Positions 13,556 through 22,653 of a stretch of DNA of 32,000 bases are shown here, piece after piece. The notes under the pieces were generated by a model. It searched no databases. It was not told the origin of the DNA and saw nothing but the letters and a program-made list of their open reading frames with translations. The stretch is from contig FP565575.1 of assembly GCA_000091165.1 (NCBI GenBank), positions 570,001 to 602,000 of the forward strand, given 5' to 3'. Within the stretch, counting starts at the first letter, position 1. Each line of letters opens with the position of its first letter. Source of the stretch: Candidatus Methylomirabilis oxygeniifera (GTDB taxonomy: Bacteria > Methylomirabilota > Methylomirabilia > Methylomirabilales > Methylomirabilaceae). The position numbers and the translations under genes are program-made.

Positions 13556-14389
13556 ATGGGAATGGACGACAGCATACTGACAATGGCGGGTATCCAGATG
13601 GGTGGGGGACCTGATCCCGGAGCCAATCTGGAAAGAGCGATAGAGCTGGGAAAGATTGCTGCCCAGCGGGGAGCGAAGATCATCTGTTTGTCGGAGTGCT
13701 TTGCCTGGCCCTGGTTCCCCAGTGAGATCGACCCGGCGCAGTTCGCGACTGCCGAGTCGGTTCCTGGACCACTCAGCGAGACGGTTGCCGCATTTGCGAG
13801 GGATCACCAGGTGGCTGTCGTCGCGCCGATCTTCGAGCGCGGGACCGACGGAGCCTACTATAATACGGCCCTCGTGTTTGACGCCGATGGGACCCTGCTG
13901 GGTCAATACCGAAAAAATCATCTCCCGCAACTCCCAAACTATCAGGAGCGATTCTATTTCCAACCCGGGAACCAGGGATTCCCCGTGTTCCATACCCGAT
14001 ACGCTGTGATCGGCGTCCAGATGTCATGGGATAATTTCTTTCCTGAGGGGTCGCGTCTACTTGCGCTCCAGGGCGCCGAGGTGATCTGCGCGCCAACCTC
14101 CGCCTCGATCGTTGCGTCACACGCTAAATGGGAGCGGGCGCTTGTTGGGAGCGCGGTCTACAACGGCGTATTTGTGTTTCGGGTCAACCGTGTGGCGGGA
14201 GGCGGTGCATTGCCGTTCTATGGGAAGAGCTTTTGCGTCGATCCCAACGGCGACTTTGTGGCGGATCCGAGTGGCGCCGACGAGGGGGTCGTTCTGGCGG
14301 AGATCGACCTGAGGTGGGTCAAGACCGTCAGGGGGATCTGGCCGTTCCTCCAGGAGCGTCGGCCCGAGATCTACACCGGACTGACCTAG
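13556..14389 (+). CDS. Nitrilase-superfamily (carbon-nitrogen hydrolase fold) protein with an apparent Cys->Ser change at the nucleophile position
   Basis: ICLSECFAWPWF (Glu), YRKNHLPQ (Lys), but VIGVQMSWDNFFPEGSR where homologs have ICWD..FPE. Confidence 0.88.
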   Translation: MGMDDSILTMAGIQMGGGPDPGANLERAIELGKIAAQRGAKIICLSECFAWPWFPSEIDPAQFATAESVPGPLSETVAAFARDHQVAVVAPIFERGTDGAYYNTALVFDADGTLLGQYRKNHLPQLPNYQERFYFQPGNQGFPVFHTRYAVIGVQMSWDNFFPEGSRLLALQGAEVICAPTSASIVASHAKWERALVGSAVYNGVFVFRVNRVAGGGALPFYGKSFCVDPNGDFVADPSGADEGVVLAEIDLRWVKTVRGIWPFLQERRPEIYTGLT

Positions 14390-14505
14390 GGGAAGTTGTG
14401 AGTTGTGGGTTTTCCATTTCGAGGTGGGAAGCTCTTCCGCAAATGTCACACTCCAAACTCGAAACCTGATCATCTTCATCTCGATAGATAACGTCAGGAG
14501 GAACA

Positions 14506-15858
14506 ATGGCCTTAATCGCGCCCTTCAGAGGATTACGATACAATCCTGAGTTGATAAGTGACCTGAGCCTGGTGATGGCGCCGCCCTACGATGTGATTTC
14601 ACCGGAAGGGCAGCAAACCTTTCATGCCCGCCATACCCACAACGTGATCCGCCTGATTCTTGGTGAGACACTGGCGGAAGACGACGCGGTACGAAACCAA
14701 TATAGTCGTGCCGGCGACTATTTCCGCCGATGGCAGGCCGAGCAGGTACTGGTTCGTGATGCTGCGCCCACCTTATACCTCTACCAGCAGACGTTTCGTC
14801 TCCCTGGTGTCGGGGAACTCGCACGATCCGGTCTGATCGGACTGGTTCGTCTGGAAGAGTTCGGCAGTCGTACGGTCTTCCCTCATGAACGAACAATGGG
14901 AGCCGCCAAGGCGGACCGACTTCGCCTGATGCAGGCCTGTCACGCGAATTTAAGTTCAGTCTTTGGTATCTACCCCGGTCGCTTTCTCGAACTGGATCGA
15001 CTGGCGGCTGCCGCCATGGGGTCCACGCCGATTATTGATCTCCGCGATTGGGATGGCATTCATCATCGAATCTGGATGTGTCAGGATCATGCGGCGATCG
15101 GAAGACTTCAGGCGGAGTGCGCATCGACGCCGCTCTTTATCGCAGACGGTCATCATCGGTATGAGACGGCGCTGGCGTTTCGCGATCTCATGCGGGCGAA
15201 GGAGGCTGGTGATCCCGCCCACACGCAGAGACGGCCTTATAACTACGTCATGATGACGCTCGTCAGCGCCGAAGACCACGGCCTGGTCATTCTTCCGATC
15301 CATCGGGTCATGAGACACCTCCCGGGTGGCAGTCTGGATGGATATCTGGCCCAGCTCGGTCGACAATTCGCCGTGGAGAGCCTCACTGTTTCCCGTGACC
15401 CTCAGGCTACGGCGTCGGTTCTGCTGGACCGTCTCCGACAGACTACGGAGGGGATGCACTGTTTTGGTCTCTACGGTGGAGAGGATCGCGCCTATCTTCT
15501 GACGCTCACCGATGAACGGGTCCTGGAGGCGGGGGATGACAAGCCGCCAGTGTACAGACGGCTGGATGTCACCATCGCGCACACGTGTCTCATTGAGGGG
15601 CCGTGGTCACGGCATGGGTTGGGTGATCTTTCAGATGACGGGCTCAGTTACCATCATGATGCCGCGGAGGCGGTCCGGATGGTCCAGAAAGATGGGTGGG
15701 CAGCGGCTATTTTGCTTAATCCAACGAAAATTACTCAGGTTCAGGCGGTGGCCGAGGCCGGTCTGCGGATGCCGCCTAAGTCAACCTTTTTCTACCCCAA
15801 ACTCCTTACCGGCCTGGTCATTCATCCCATCGTAACCGATGAGGTGATCGAGGCGTAG
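14506..15858 (+). CDS. DUF1015-family protein
   Basis: APFRGLRYNPELISDLSLVMAPPYDVISPEGQQTFHARHTHNVIRLILG and ADGHHRYETALAFRD are DUF1015 hallmarks. Confidence 0.9.
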   Translation: MALIAPFRGLRYNPELISDLSLVMAPPYDVISPEGQQTFHARHTHNVIRLILGETLAEDDAVRNQYSRAGDYFRRWQAEQVLVRDAAPTLYLYQQTFRLPGVGELARSGLIGLVRLEEFGSRTVFPHERTMGAAKADRLRLMQACHANLSSVFGIYPGRFLELDRLAAAAMGSTPIIDLRDWDGIHHRIWMCQDHAAIGRLQAECASTPLFIADGHHRYETALAFRDLMRAKEAGDPAHTQRRPYNYVMMTLVSAEDHGLVILPIHRVMRHLPGGSLDGYLAQLGRQFAVESLTVSRDPQATASVLLDRLRQTTEGMHCFGLYGGEDRAYLLTLTDERVLEAGDDKPPVYRRLDVTIAHTCLIEGPWSRHGLGDLSDDGLSYHHDAAEAVRMVQKDGWAAAILLNPTKITQVQAVAEAGLRMPPKSTFFYPKLLTGLVIHPIVTDEVIEA

Positions 15859-15943
15859 CGCGCAATAGCGTGGGATCCGTAGTGAGTCGGTGATATCGTA
15901 TTCAGCAGGTGAGACCTCGGACACGCCGAGGTTAGGCACAGGC

Positions 15944-16150
15944 TCACCCGCCTGGCGCACAACCCCCGCCTCCGCCGCCTGTCGTGCCGGAGACGACAGA
16001 TCCCTGCTCCCCTTTAAAGCTGAAGGCGGAAAACTGTTTTTCCACAGCCGCCCCAGGGCAGTGCGGGCATTCTACGACGGCATCGCGGCTTAGGACGAGC
16101 TTTTCAAACACCTGGCCGCAGTGTGAACACAGATACTCATAGATAGGCAT
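15944..16150 (-). CDS. FmdB-like zinc ribbon protein
   Basis: MPIYEYLCSHCGQVFEKLV...CPHCPGAAVEKQFSAFSF, FmdB/CxxC_CxxC regulatory-protein pattern. Confidence 0.88.
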   Translation of the reverse strand: MPIYEYLCSHCGQVFEKLVLSRDAVVECPHCPGAAVEKQFSAFSFKGEQGSVVSGTTGGGGGGCAPGG

Positions 16151-16170
16151 ACCGACACTACCCTCCGGGT

Positions 16171-16368
16171 TTATTCTCCGCCGCGCTGGACGTAGCTCTT
16201 GACAAACTCCTCGGCGTTTTCCTCGAGGACCTCATCGATCTCATCCATAAGTTTGTCAAGGTCCTCCTTGAGCTTCTTCCCCTTCTTTACGGTTTCGGGA
16301 TTCGGCTCAGCCGCCTCAGGTGGGCCGGCGCCGGCCTCGCGCTTTTGCTTGCGTTCCTGCTCTGCCAT
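16171..16368 (-). CDS. pup: Pup-like prokaryotic ubiquitin-like protein ending in GGE
   Basis: 65 aa; C-terminal half LKEDLDKLMDEIDEVLEENAEEFVKSYVQRGGE matches the actinobacterial Pup pattern (LDEIDxVLEENAExFVRxYVQKGGQ); SD-like aaggag 6-7 nt upstream of ATG. Confidence 0.9.
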   Translation of the reverse strand: MAEQERKQKREAGAGPPEAAEPNPETVKKGKKLKEDLDKLMDEIDEVLEENAEEFVKSYVQRGGE

Positions 16369-16388
16369 GTCTCACTCCTTCATCCGTC

Positions 16389-16901
16389 TCACCGAGCCGC
16401 CTGCCAGACGAGGTGTTGTACCTCCGGTACCAGGAGTTTCGTCAGGGCGAGACGGACGGCGTGCTCTGAACCCGGCAGACACACGATCACCTTTCCTTTT
16501 GCCGTCCCGCATAGCGCGCGACTCATCAGCGCAGCGCTCCCAACCTCCTGGAAGCTGAGACTTCGGAACAGCTCGCCAAAGCCCGGCAACATCTTATCCA
16601 AAATAGGGCTGATCGCTTCAATCGTCTGATCTCTCTTGGTGAGCCCGGTCCCTCCTGTGATGACGATCAGATCAACCTCATCTTCACACAGCTTCTTGAC
16701 GACCTCTCTCAGGCCTTTTGGATCGTTCTTCAGGATCATTGCGGCCACCTGGCTATGACCGGCTTCATTGAGCAGCGATTCAATAAGTCGGCCTGAGTGG
16801 TCGTCTTCCGACTTACGACTATCGGTGATGCTGAGCCTTACGTATCGGACCGGTCCGACCTTCTTGGACTCTGCGTGATGATCGTGAACACCCATGGGCA
16901 C
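16389..16901 (-). CDS. moaB: MoaB/Mog-family molybdopterin biosynthesis protein
   Basis: LSITDSRKSEDDHSGRLIESLL...VDLIVITGGTGLTKRDQTIEAI...LCLPGSEHAVRLAL-type motifs. Confidence 0.88.
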   Translation of the reverse strand: MPMGVHDHHAESKKVGPVRYVRLSITDSRKSEDDHSGRLIESLLNEAGHSQVAAMILKNDPKGLREVVKKLCEDEVDLIVITGGTGLTKRDQTIEAISPILDKMLPGFGELFRSLSFQEVGSAALMSRALCGTAKGKVIVCLPGSEHAVRLALTKLLVPEVQHLVWQAAR

Positions 16902-17002
16902 CTCGATGTGTTGTGGGCTCTCTCCCGCCCGGCATCGTTTCTATGGTGTATGATAATAGAAGACGCCATGTCGGTCAATGCGGCCGGCCGCAATCAGTTG
17001 CT

Positions 17003-17557
17003 TTATGTTGCGTGCGACCGGATCAACTGCATGAACTCGTTTCGGCTCTCGATCCGCTCGCGGAAGACCCCGTGCATCGATGAGGTCACAGCCTTACTAT
17101 TCTGTTTTTCTACGCCGCGCATCATCATGCAGAGGTGTTGGGCTTCCATGACGACGGCCACTCCCTTTGGTCGCAGGGCCTCCAGAAGCGCATTGGCGAT
17201 CTGTGAGGTCAGACGCTCCTGCACCTGGAGTCGGCGACTATACATCTCAACCAGCCGAACCAGCTTGCTCAAACCGACGATCCTGCCGTCCGGCAGATAG
17301 CCGACGTGGCACTTGCCAAAAAAGGGCAGGAGATGATGTTCGCACAACGAGAAGAAATCGATGTCCTTGACCAGGACGATCTCGTCATAGTTGTCCTGGA
17401 AGACCGCCTCGTTCAGAACATTATTGACCTGTTTATCGTATCCGGACGTGAGGAAGGCGAACATCCGCTCTACCCGCTCCGGGGTCTTGACCAATCCTTC
17501 CCGATCGGGATCCTCGCCGATCTCCTTCAGCAGATCCCTAACCAACCGCTCGATCAT
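17003..17557 (-). CDS. folE: GTP cyclohydrolase I
   Basis: [52 protein letters not shown]...[18 protein letters not shown]. The track ORF extends to 17764, but the family N-terminus begins at [29 protein letters not shown] (ATG at 17557). Confidence 0.95.
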   Translation of the reverse strand: MIERLVRDLLKEIGEDPDREGLVKTPERVERMFAFLTSGYDKQVNNVLNEAVFQDNYDEIVLVKDIDFFSLCEHHLLPFFGKCHVGYLPDGRIVGLSKLVRLVEMYSRRLQVQERLTSQIANALLEALRPKGVAVVMEAQHLCMMMRGVEKQNSKAVTSSMHGVFRERIESRNEFMQLIRSHAT

Positions 17558-17974
17558 GCGTATATTCCTTATCGCGACAACATGAGTGACGCCGAATCGT
17601 AAACGCGTTGAGGCTCTTGGTAAAAGTGTAAATGAGCAGACCGGGATGTGCAAGGAAAACCTCTGTTGCGCAAACGAGCAGGGCGCGGCCCACTGGAATC
17701 GCCATCGAAGAAAGGGCAGGGAAAATGGTTTTGGACGCTTTTTCCCATACCCTATATCCTCCACCCTACACTCCGGATCACGGAGGTGCCGGTGAGTCGT
17801 GTGGTTGCTGACGGGCCTTGCATGCGCAGTGAGAGGCTTGACCGGTTACTTGGTCGGATCGGGCCGGGTAGCATGCCTGCTGGCCGGAGTACTTGAGGGA
17901 TGAGAGGGGCGGGTCTCGATGTTGCTTCGCTCGCCAGAGCGAGATCTGTGCAGATAATGTATCTGCTGTTCCTG

Positions 17975-18577
17975 TTACGGCGCAGGAGCGGTCTGTCCTT
18001 CCAACGTGAGCCTCCGCAATGCGGATTCGGCCTGCGCCCGTGCCTTACGGGCCTCGCTCCTGACGGCTTCCTTGGCGCCGAGTTCGCCAAACAGGTGCTC
18101 TCGCGTCGAGGTAAAGCTTCGATCGACATTGGTGTTGAAGGTATCGACGATCTGCGCTTTGATCGTGGTGATCTCACGATCGGATTTCACTTCTATCGCC
18201 TTGGTTCCCGCCACCTTCGCCTGATACTGCGCTTTCTCTGCGAGCAAGCTGACCGCTTCCCCTGAGGTCCTGGCGCTGAACAGATGAGCGCCCTTCTCCT
18301 GTGTCGCAGACCTGAAGAGTTTCGCCTCATCCTTGGCCTGCGCCAAATATTCCAGGGCCAATGAGAACTCCTCCGGCGCATAGATCTCCGCCTCGAAGTC
18401 TCTCGCCTCCAGAATGGCTTTGTCCGCCTCCTCCAGCGCCTTCATGAAGACGATCTCTTGCGCATCGGCCAAGTCTGTTCTGAGCAGAACCGAAGGGCCC
18501 GCCCAAAGCGTAAACGACACCAGCGCGATCATGATAGCTACAATCAGGCCCGGAACAGTTCGCCTGTGCTCTCTCAT
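17975..18577 (-). CDS. DUF4398-like signal-peptide/coiled protein
   Basis: N-terminal TM/signal (TVPGLIVAIMIALVSFTLWAG), Ala-rich helical repeats (AREFEAEIYAPEEFSLALEYLAQAKDEA-like). Confidence 0.65.
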   Translation of the reverse strand: MREHRRTVPGLIVAIMIALVSFTLWAGPSVLLRTDLADAQEIVFMKALEEADKAILEARDFEAEIYAPEEFSLALEYLAQAKDEAKLFRSATQEKGAHLFSARTSGEAVSLLAEKAQYQAKVAGTKAIEVKSDREITTIKAQIVDTFNTNVDRSFTSTREHLFGELGAKEAVRSEARKARAQAESALRRLTLEGQTAPAP

Positions 18578-19824
18578 TGCGATGACCCTTTCGTGCGTTC
18601 GCCGAGATACCTGAATCGGTTCGTAAATGCCGTCGGCTCCAGATGGCCGTCACGCGCCAGCGCCTCGATCTGCCCCGACGTCTCAAAATCCTGGAACTCC
18701 AGGCGAATCATATAGGCCCGAAGCGTCTGATACGACTCGGAGTCGATATCAACGTAACGGACGCGGATCTTCCCTGTCCGATGATCCAACATCTTCTGAA
18801 ACGGGATCGGGACCATCTTCCCTCCCTGGATAGTCACCATGGCTTCCGTCTGACCGTCCAACAGGAAACGGGTCGCCCAATAGCCAAGACTGCGACAATA
18901 CTGGATATCCAACGCACCCGGGGGAGCACAGCGGAGTTCATAACCGATATCTTTCGCCACGATCGTGACATCGATGCCTCTCGCCCGAAGACTTTCGGCA
19001 ACTCGCTCTTTCAGTACTCGTCCGAGCACAAGCTCCGAAAGCCGGACATTCCCATAACCGTCCTGTTCTACCGAGCCGAACTCGGCAGGATCCAGTTTAT
19101 CGGCCAGCCCTTCGCTCAGAATGGCCACGCCATGTCCCTTCCCTGACGTGCGTCGCTTGATGACTGCTCCTTCCAGGATATCAACCAGTGTCTGAAGAGG
19201 GATCCTCGGCTCCGAAAATTCCTCTCCGATCACCGTGAGTGTGGCGCCGGCGGCGCCTCCAATCCCAAGCGCCAGATGGCCGGCCCGTCGCCCCATCACC
19301 GTGATGAAAAACCATCGGTCCGTTGTTTCTGCATCGTCCATCAGATTCTGGACGATTTCCTTGCCCAGATTGCAGGCCGTGGTAAAACCAAACGTCGCGA
19401 CTTCCTGCGGAAGCGGGAGATCGTTATCGATCGTTTTCGGTACATGCGCGACAGCGATCCGACCCTTCACCGCGTCCGACAGTCGATACGACGCGAAGGC
19501 AGTGTCGTCGCCCCCGATCGTCAACAGGCCTGAGACCTCCAGTTTCTCCAGCGCCTCGATCGTATTTCTGAGCGTCTCCTGGGATTTGGTCGGGTTCGTC
19601 CTGGACGTCCGAAGGATGGACCCGCCCTCGAAATGGATCCGGGATATCCCGTCGATTTCGAGCTCTATCACGTGGCCGGTATCGCCTCGCGCAAGCCACT
19701 TGAACCCATCGTAGAAGCCGAGGACGCGTACCCCATGGTTGCGGGCCTCGATGGTTGCCGCCGCAATCACGCCGTTAATACCAGGCGCGGGGCCGCCTCC
19801 GACCAACATGGCAAGCGTTTTCAT
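18574..19824 (-). CDS. 6-phosphofructokinase, probably pyrophosphate-dependent type
   Basis: LVGGGPAPGINGVI, LLTIGGDDTAFAS, VPKTIDNDLPLP, FITVMGRRAGHLALGIG; GGDD and PKTIDND are the PPi-type residues. Confidence 0.9.
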   Translation of the reverse strand: MKTLAMLVGGGPAPGINGVIAAATIEARNHGVRVLGFYDGFKWLARGDTGHVIELEIDGISRIHFEGGSILRTSRTNPTKSQETLRNTIEALEKLEVSGLLTIGGDDTAFASYRLSDAVKGRIAVAHVPKTIDNDLPLPQEVATFGFTTACNLGKEIVQNLMDDAETTDRWFFITVMGRRAGHLALGIGGAAGATLTVIGEEFSEPRIPLQTLVDILEGAVIKRRTSGKGHGVAILSEGLADKLDPAEFGSVEQDGYGNVRLSELVLGRVLKERVAESLRARGIDVTIVAKDIGYELRCAPPGALDIQYCRSLGYWATRFLLDGQTEAMVTIQGGKMVPIPFQKMLDHRTGKIRVRYVDIDSESYQTLRAYMIRLEFQDFETSGQIEALARDGHLEPTAFTNRFRYLGERTKGSSQ

Positions 19825-19910
19825 GAGATTCCCTCGCGATGAGAAAGCAGCTTTCAGCGGTCAGTCATCAGCTTGATATCTGGGGAAGAAGGCGGATGAT
19901 GTCCGCAATC

Positions 19911-19985
<75 letters not shown>

Positions 19986-20019
19986 GCCCTCTTCTGTCTA
20001 ACAAAAGCGCTCGCGCTTG

Positions 20020-21531
20020 TCAATGGCTTTCGGCACGCGACTGCCGTGAAGTGGGCGATGTCTCGAAAAACCGTCGCCACGATTCAAGATGTTCCTGCGC
20101 GTAAGTCAAAGCCTCCCCACGGCTGGCGATGAGCCCTGTTGCCTGAGCCTCCTGCAAGCGATCAAGTACAGATCCCAGGAAAGGGCCAGGCACAATATTG
20201 AACGTCTCGATCAGATCGTCTCCTCGTAAGATGGGCTTGACCTGACTGGTCAGAAACTCGGTTCTGTAGAACCGGAACGCCTCCCTCAGGAACACCTGGT
20301 GCCGGACGAACGCCTCAGTTTCTCCGCCAAAGGTGGCCCGCAGGTCCGCCCACGAGTGCAGCAACACAAGGGGAACCGCATCATCCGCTTCCCTGAAGAA
20401 ACGATACTGCGCCCTGGCGGTCACGGTTGTTGCGCTCGAGAGGTGGATCGGCCGCAAGTGATGTTGCTCGATGCCGGCCACCAGGCTCGTGGCCAGCCGA
20501 CCCAATCGAAGGCGGTCGCACAGGCCAGCGAGGATCGGCAGGCCGGCCTGCTCGTGTCCGAGGAACCGGACCCGACCATCCGGTTGGACGCTTCGGGTTT
20601 TCGGCTTGCCGACATCGTGCAGGAGGGTCAGCAGCTTGAGGATAGCGGTCTCGCTGACGCCCGCTTCGATCTCGCGATCAAGCCGCTCGCGCAACCAGAG
20701 GGCGTGTTCCGGAAAGAGCTGCTCAAGGTGTGCGAGCAGCAGCTCGATAGACCACAGCGTCTGAAGCGAGTGTTCCCAGAGAGGCAGACGATGTGGTGTG
20801 CTCGCCGGAACTGATTTGAGCGCCTCGGCTTCCGGGACCAGCACCTTCAGAAGTTGTAGGACGTCGAGCTGCTCGATCCAAGGCGCCGCAGGGACCGTAT
20901 CGAGGATCCTGAACAGCTCGTCGCGCAGACGCTCCCCCGCTGCCGTTCCGAGGAGCGGTGCGCGCTCGATGATCGACCGTCTGGTGTGCTCCTCAATAGT
21001 GAAGTCGAGTTCTGCCGCCAGGCGGACTGCCCTGATCAGACGAAGCGGATCGCGATCGAATGCCGATGGGGCAATGGCGCGCAGGCGCTTTTCCTTCAGA
21101 TCGTTCAGCCCACCCGTTGGATCGATTACACGCAGAGGGTGAAGGGTATCGAGCCTTACGGCTAGGGCATTGACGGTGAAATCGCGAGCTACCAGATCAG
21201 CCTCGATCGTCTCACCCTTCGGCCGACTGATATCGATCTGTACGATGGCTCCCGCCGATCGGATGATGGTCCGAACCGTCTCCTGGTCAAGGCGCACGAG
21301 GCTGCCTTCCAGGGAATCGACCAGGTTGCGACCGAATCGTTCAGGCTCCCCCCAGACCACCAGATCAAGGTCGGCGCGTCTTACCCTGCTGCGACCGAGT
21401 AGAAGATCACGCAGGTATCCGCCAACCAGATACAGAGGACCTGTCCTGTTTGAAGCCGCAACCGCCACTATAGCGCGAAGATACGGCTCTCTGTGGAGCG
21501 TGTCCGGCCCGAAGCTCCACGTCCCACTCAT
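20020..21531 (-). CDS. CCA tRNA nucleotidyltransferase / poly(A) polymerase family, with HD domain
   Basis: LYLVGGYLRDLLLGRSRVRRADLDLVVWG, RDFTVNALAV, IDPTGGLNDLKEKRLRAI, DPLRLIRAVRLAAELDFTIE, HD region LLTLLHDVGKPKTRS. Confidence 0.92.
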   Translation of the reverse strand: MSGTWSFGPDTLHREPYLRAIVAVAASNRTGPLYLVGGYLRDLLLGRSRVRRADLDLVVWGEPERFGRNLVDSLEGSLVRLDQETVRTIIRSAGAIVQIDISRPKGETIEADLVARDFTVNALAVRLDTLHPLRVIDPTGGLNDLKEKRLRAIAPSAFDRDPLRLIRAVRLAAELDFTIEEHTRRSIIERAPLLGTAAGERLRDELFRILDTVPAAPWIEQLDVLQLLKVLVPEAEALKSVPASTPHRLPLWEHSLQTLWSIELLLAHLEQLFPEHALWLRERLDREIEAGVSETAILKLLTLLHDVGKPKTRSVQPDGRVRFLGHEQAGLPILAGLCDRLRLGRLATSLVAGIEQHHLRPIHLSSATTVTARAQYRFFREADDAVPLVLLHSWADLRATFGGETEAFVRHQVFLREAFRFYRTEFLTSQVKPILRGDDLIETFNIVPGPFLGSVLDRLQEAQATGLIASRGEALTYAQEHLESWRRFFETSPTSRQSRAESH

Positions 21532-21709
21532 CTGAAAAATTTCCTTGCCATGACTGATTCCTGCCCTATATGATAAGTCAAATAGTCGAGAAAGGCGGTT
21601 CTGTGCCTGCCCTCACTCCGGGAGACTGTCGATAACGTGACCAGGGCGACGACAGGGGTCGCTCCTGCGAGAACAATAATGACACGGATATGATCGGGAA
21701 GGAAGCAGC

Positions 21710-21916
21710 ATGATGAGGATTACCGCGGAGATGAAGATTGACAATGTGGTGCGGCAGTACCCGGAGACCGTTCAGGTGTTTAACCGGTATGGCGTCGCCT
21801 GCCTGGGGTGCTCCGCGGCTGAGTACGACAACATCGCTGTCAGTGCCCAGGTCCACGGTGTCAACCTCGACCAGCTCCTGCGGGAGTTGAACGAGACCGT
21901 AGCGATCCGAAACTGA
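21710..21916 (+). CDS. DUF1858-family small protein
   Basis: [58 protein letters not shown]; typical DUF1858 with CLGC motif. Confidence 0.85.
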   Translation: MMRITAEMKIDNVVRQYPETVQVFNRYGVACLGCSAAEYDNIAVSAQVHGVNLDQLLRELNETVAIRN

Positions 21917-21930
21917 ATCGCACACATCGC

Positions 21931-22635
21931 GTGTTCACAACACTCAAACGAGACATCCAGGCAGCCCTGAACCGAGATCCAGCCGCTCGCAGCGCGCTGG
22001 AGGTTCTCGTATGCTACCCCGGCCTGCACGCCCTGTATTTCCACCGCATCGCGCACTGGTTGTGGGGCGGCAACCTGAAGATCCTCGGCCGCCTGATTTC
22101 GCATGTGGGCCGGTTCCTGACCGGGATTGAAATCCACCCCGGCGCGCGTCTCGGCCGGGGCCTTTTCATCGATCACGGCAACGGGGTGGTTATCGGCGAG
22201 ACCAGCGAGATCGGTGAGGATGTCACCATCTATCAGGGCGTCACGCTGGGCGGCACCAGCCTGGAGAAAAAGAAGCGCCATCCGACGATCGGTAACGGCG
22301 TCGTCATCGGCGCAGGCGCCACCATTCTCGGGCCGATCAAGGTCGGAGACAACAGTCGCATCGGTTCAGGCTCCGTGGTGGTGAAGGAGGTTCCTCCGAA
22401 CTCGCTTGTGGTCGGTGTGCCGGGGCAGGTTATCTATCGCGACGGCAAGCGCGTGCCCCCGTCCGTCGATCTGGAGATGACCGACATGCCGAACCCCGCC
22501 GAGAAAGCCATCCGGTGCGTTCTGGAGCGTCTACACGAGCTGGAAAAGGAAGTTGAGACGCTCAAAAAGGAACTGACGTCTGTCCACGCTCCCTATACGT
22601 CGTCCTCGCGATACCACTCCCCGCGAAACGAGTAG
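21931..22635 (+). CDS. cysE: Serine O-acetyltransferase
   Basis: HRIAHWLWG..., [45 protein letters not shown] hexapeptide acyltransferase. Confidence 0.93.
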   Translation: MFTTLKRDIQAALNRDPAARSALEVLVCYPGLHALYFHRIAHWLWGGNLKILGRLISHVGRFLTGIEIHPGARLGRGLFIDHGNGVVIGETSEIGEDVTIYQGVTLGGTSLEKKKRHPTIGNGVVIGAGATILGPIKVGDNSRIGSGSVVVKEVPPNSLVVGVPGQVIYRDGKRVPPSVDLEMTDMPNPAEKAIRCVLERLHELEKEVETLKKELTSVHAPYTSSSRYHSPRNE

Positions 22636-22653
22636 CCCGCCACAAACAGCGCC

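Noticed and set aside
17558-17764. N-terminal 69-residue extension of folE
   Set aside because: Does not resemble FolE; the family start coincides with ATG at 17557 and the upstream sequence looks non-coding.
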